Source of the DNA: Nanobdellota archaeon
GTDB taxonomy: Archaea > Nanobdellota > Nanobdellia > Nanobdellales > Nanobdellaceae
NCBI GenBank assembly: GCA_042850255.1
Contig: AP031373.1
Location: forward strand, 660,001-692,000
Reading direction: 5' to 3'
DNA: 32,000 bases
Part shown: in pieces, positions 31,325-32,000 of the stretch
Numbering within the stretch: the first letter of the stretch is position 1
Layout: each line of letters begins with the position of its first letter
Position numbers and translations under genes: made by a program
Notes under the pieces: generated by a model
The model's database searches: none
What the model was told of the DNA's origin: nothing
What the model saw: the letters and a program-made list of their open reading frames with translations, nothing else

Positions 31325-32000
31325 AGATAAGTTTCTTTAATCTAGAAGAATGGGCATGGAATAAAGTAAAAGAATGGACAAATAATTTAAATATTGAAGT
31401 TAAGATATATAAAAATTCTATAAATGATGTAAATGTAGAGGAATATAAAGATTCTGATATAATATCTACAGATAGCCATTCGAAATTAGATAAAAATATA
31501 TTGGAAAAATTAGATAATTTAAAATTCATAATAACAAGAACTGTTGGAATTGATCATATAGACTTAAACTATTGTAAAGAAAGAAATATAAAAGTGTATA
31601 ATATACCAGATTATGGATCTAGAACAGTTGCAGAATTTACTTTTATGTTGATTTTAATGTTATTAAAAAATTATAAAAAGATAGAAAAATCATTAAGGGA
31701 AGATTTAATTATAAATCCATATAATATTAGAGGATATGATTTACAAGGATTAACATTAGGAGTTGTTGGTACTGGTAGGATAGGAACAGAAGTTATAAAA
31801 ATTGCAAAAGGATTTGATATGAATATCATTGCATATAATAAAAGTATTAAACAGGATTTAATAGAAAAATATAATGTAAAATTTGTATCATTCGAAGATT
31901 TATTAAAAAATTCAGATATTATTACACTACATTTACCTTTAACAAATGAAACATATCATATAATAAATAAAAATAATATTAATTTAATAAAAAGAGGTGC
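31321..32000 (+). CDS. D-isomer-specific 2-hydroxyacid dehydrogenase family protein (3' end outside the window)
   Basis: The ATG at 31321 overlaps the previous stop (ATGA), and the frame is open to the window edge. Matching segments are FIITRTVGIDHIDLNYC, the NAD-binding motif LTLGVVGTGRIGTEV, and SDIITLHLPLTNETYHIIN. Confidence 0.8.
   Translation, partial: MKISFFNLEEWAWNKVKEWTNNLNIEVKIYKNSINDVNVEEYKDSDIISTDSHSKLDKNILEKLDNLKFIITRTVGIDHIDLNYCKERNIKVYNIPDYGSRTVAEFTFMLILMLLKNYKKIEKSLREDLIINPYNIRGYDLQGLTLGVVGTGRIGTEVIKIAKGFDMNIIAYNKSIKQDLIEKYNVKFVSFEDLLKNSDIITLHLPLTNETYHIINKNNINLIKRG

Noticed and set aside
30639-31529. Minus-strand ORFs 30639-30935 and 31254-31529
   Set aside because: They are antisense to the nucleoside-phosphorylase-like and 2-hydroxyacid dehydrogenase genes, both of which have clear family motifs.
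1-32000. Search for integrase, transposase, IS ends, CRISPR arrays, cas genes and rRNA
   Set aside because: I recognised no catalytic motifs (tyrosine/serine recombinase, DDE), no terminal inverted repeats bounding a block, no regularly spaced direct repeats with unique spacers, and no rRNA-like GC-rich stretches.

Overview
The window is very AT-rich, about a quarter G+C by eye. It looks archaeal and probably thermophilic, possibly DPANN/Nanoarchaeota-like; that placement is inference. Supporting signs: no Shine-Dalgarno spacing, TATA-like boxes about 25 nt upstream of start codons (implying leaderless mRNAs), a tRNA of about 70% G+C in an AT-rich background, an archaeal-type MiaB/MtaB enzyme, and a fused gamma-alpha 2-oxoacid:ferredoxin oxidoreductase subunit. 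Layout: (i) 1-4750 is an accessory block. It holds two ParB-like nuclease-domain ORFs (the second interrupted by an in-frame TAA), a glycosyltransferase C-terminal half, a polytopic membrane protein, small unknown ORFs and a 454-aa protein with a C-terminal HEPN-like RNAYAH motif. (ii) 4861-9513 holds two convergent PpsA-like proteins (ATP-grasp plus phosphohistidine swivel, no PEP-binding barrel) flanking a HAD fused to a degenerate methyltransferase-like domain. (iii) 9514-10124 is a 610-nt intergenic region with three phased perfect palindromes and a GC-rich three-hairpin island, a candidate novel structured RNA. (iv) 10125-11763 holds two tail-to-tail HEPN/MNT toxin-antitoxin modules, one with phased operator-like repeats. 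(v) 11874-19168 is a seven-gene same-strand block of six divergent paralogs of a tandem winged-helix protein family plus a coiled-coil gene. I consider this the most novel system in the window. (vi) 19269-20302 holds two divergently transcribed helical unknowns. (vii) 20350-32000 is housekeeping: serS with insertions, pyrG, tRNA-Cys(GCA), a small wHTH protein, a MiaB/MtaB-like radical-SAM enzyme, a P-loop kinase, the OFOR alpha subunit without an adjacent beta, a nucleoside phosphorylase-family protein and a partial D-2-hydroxyacid dehydrogenase. I recognised no rRNA, CRISPR array, integrase or transposase. All functional calls come from reading motifs in the translations; no database search was run.
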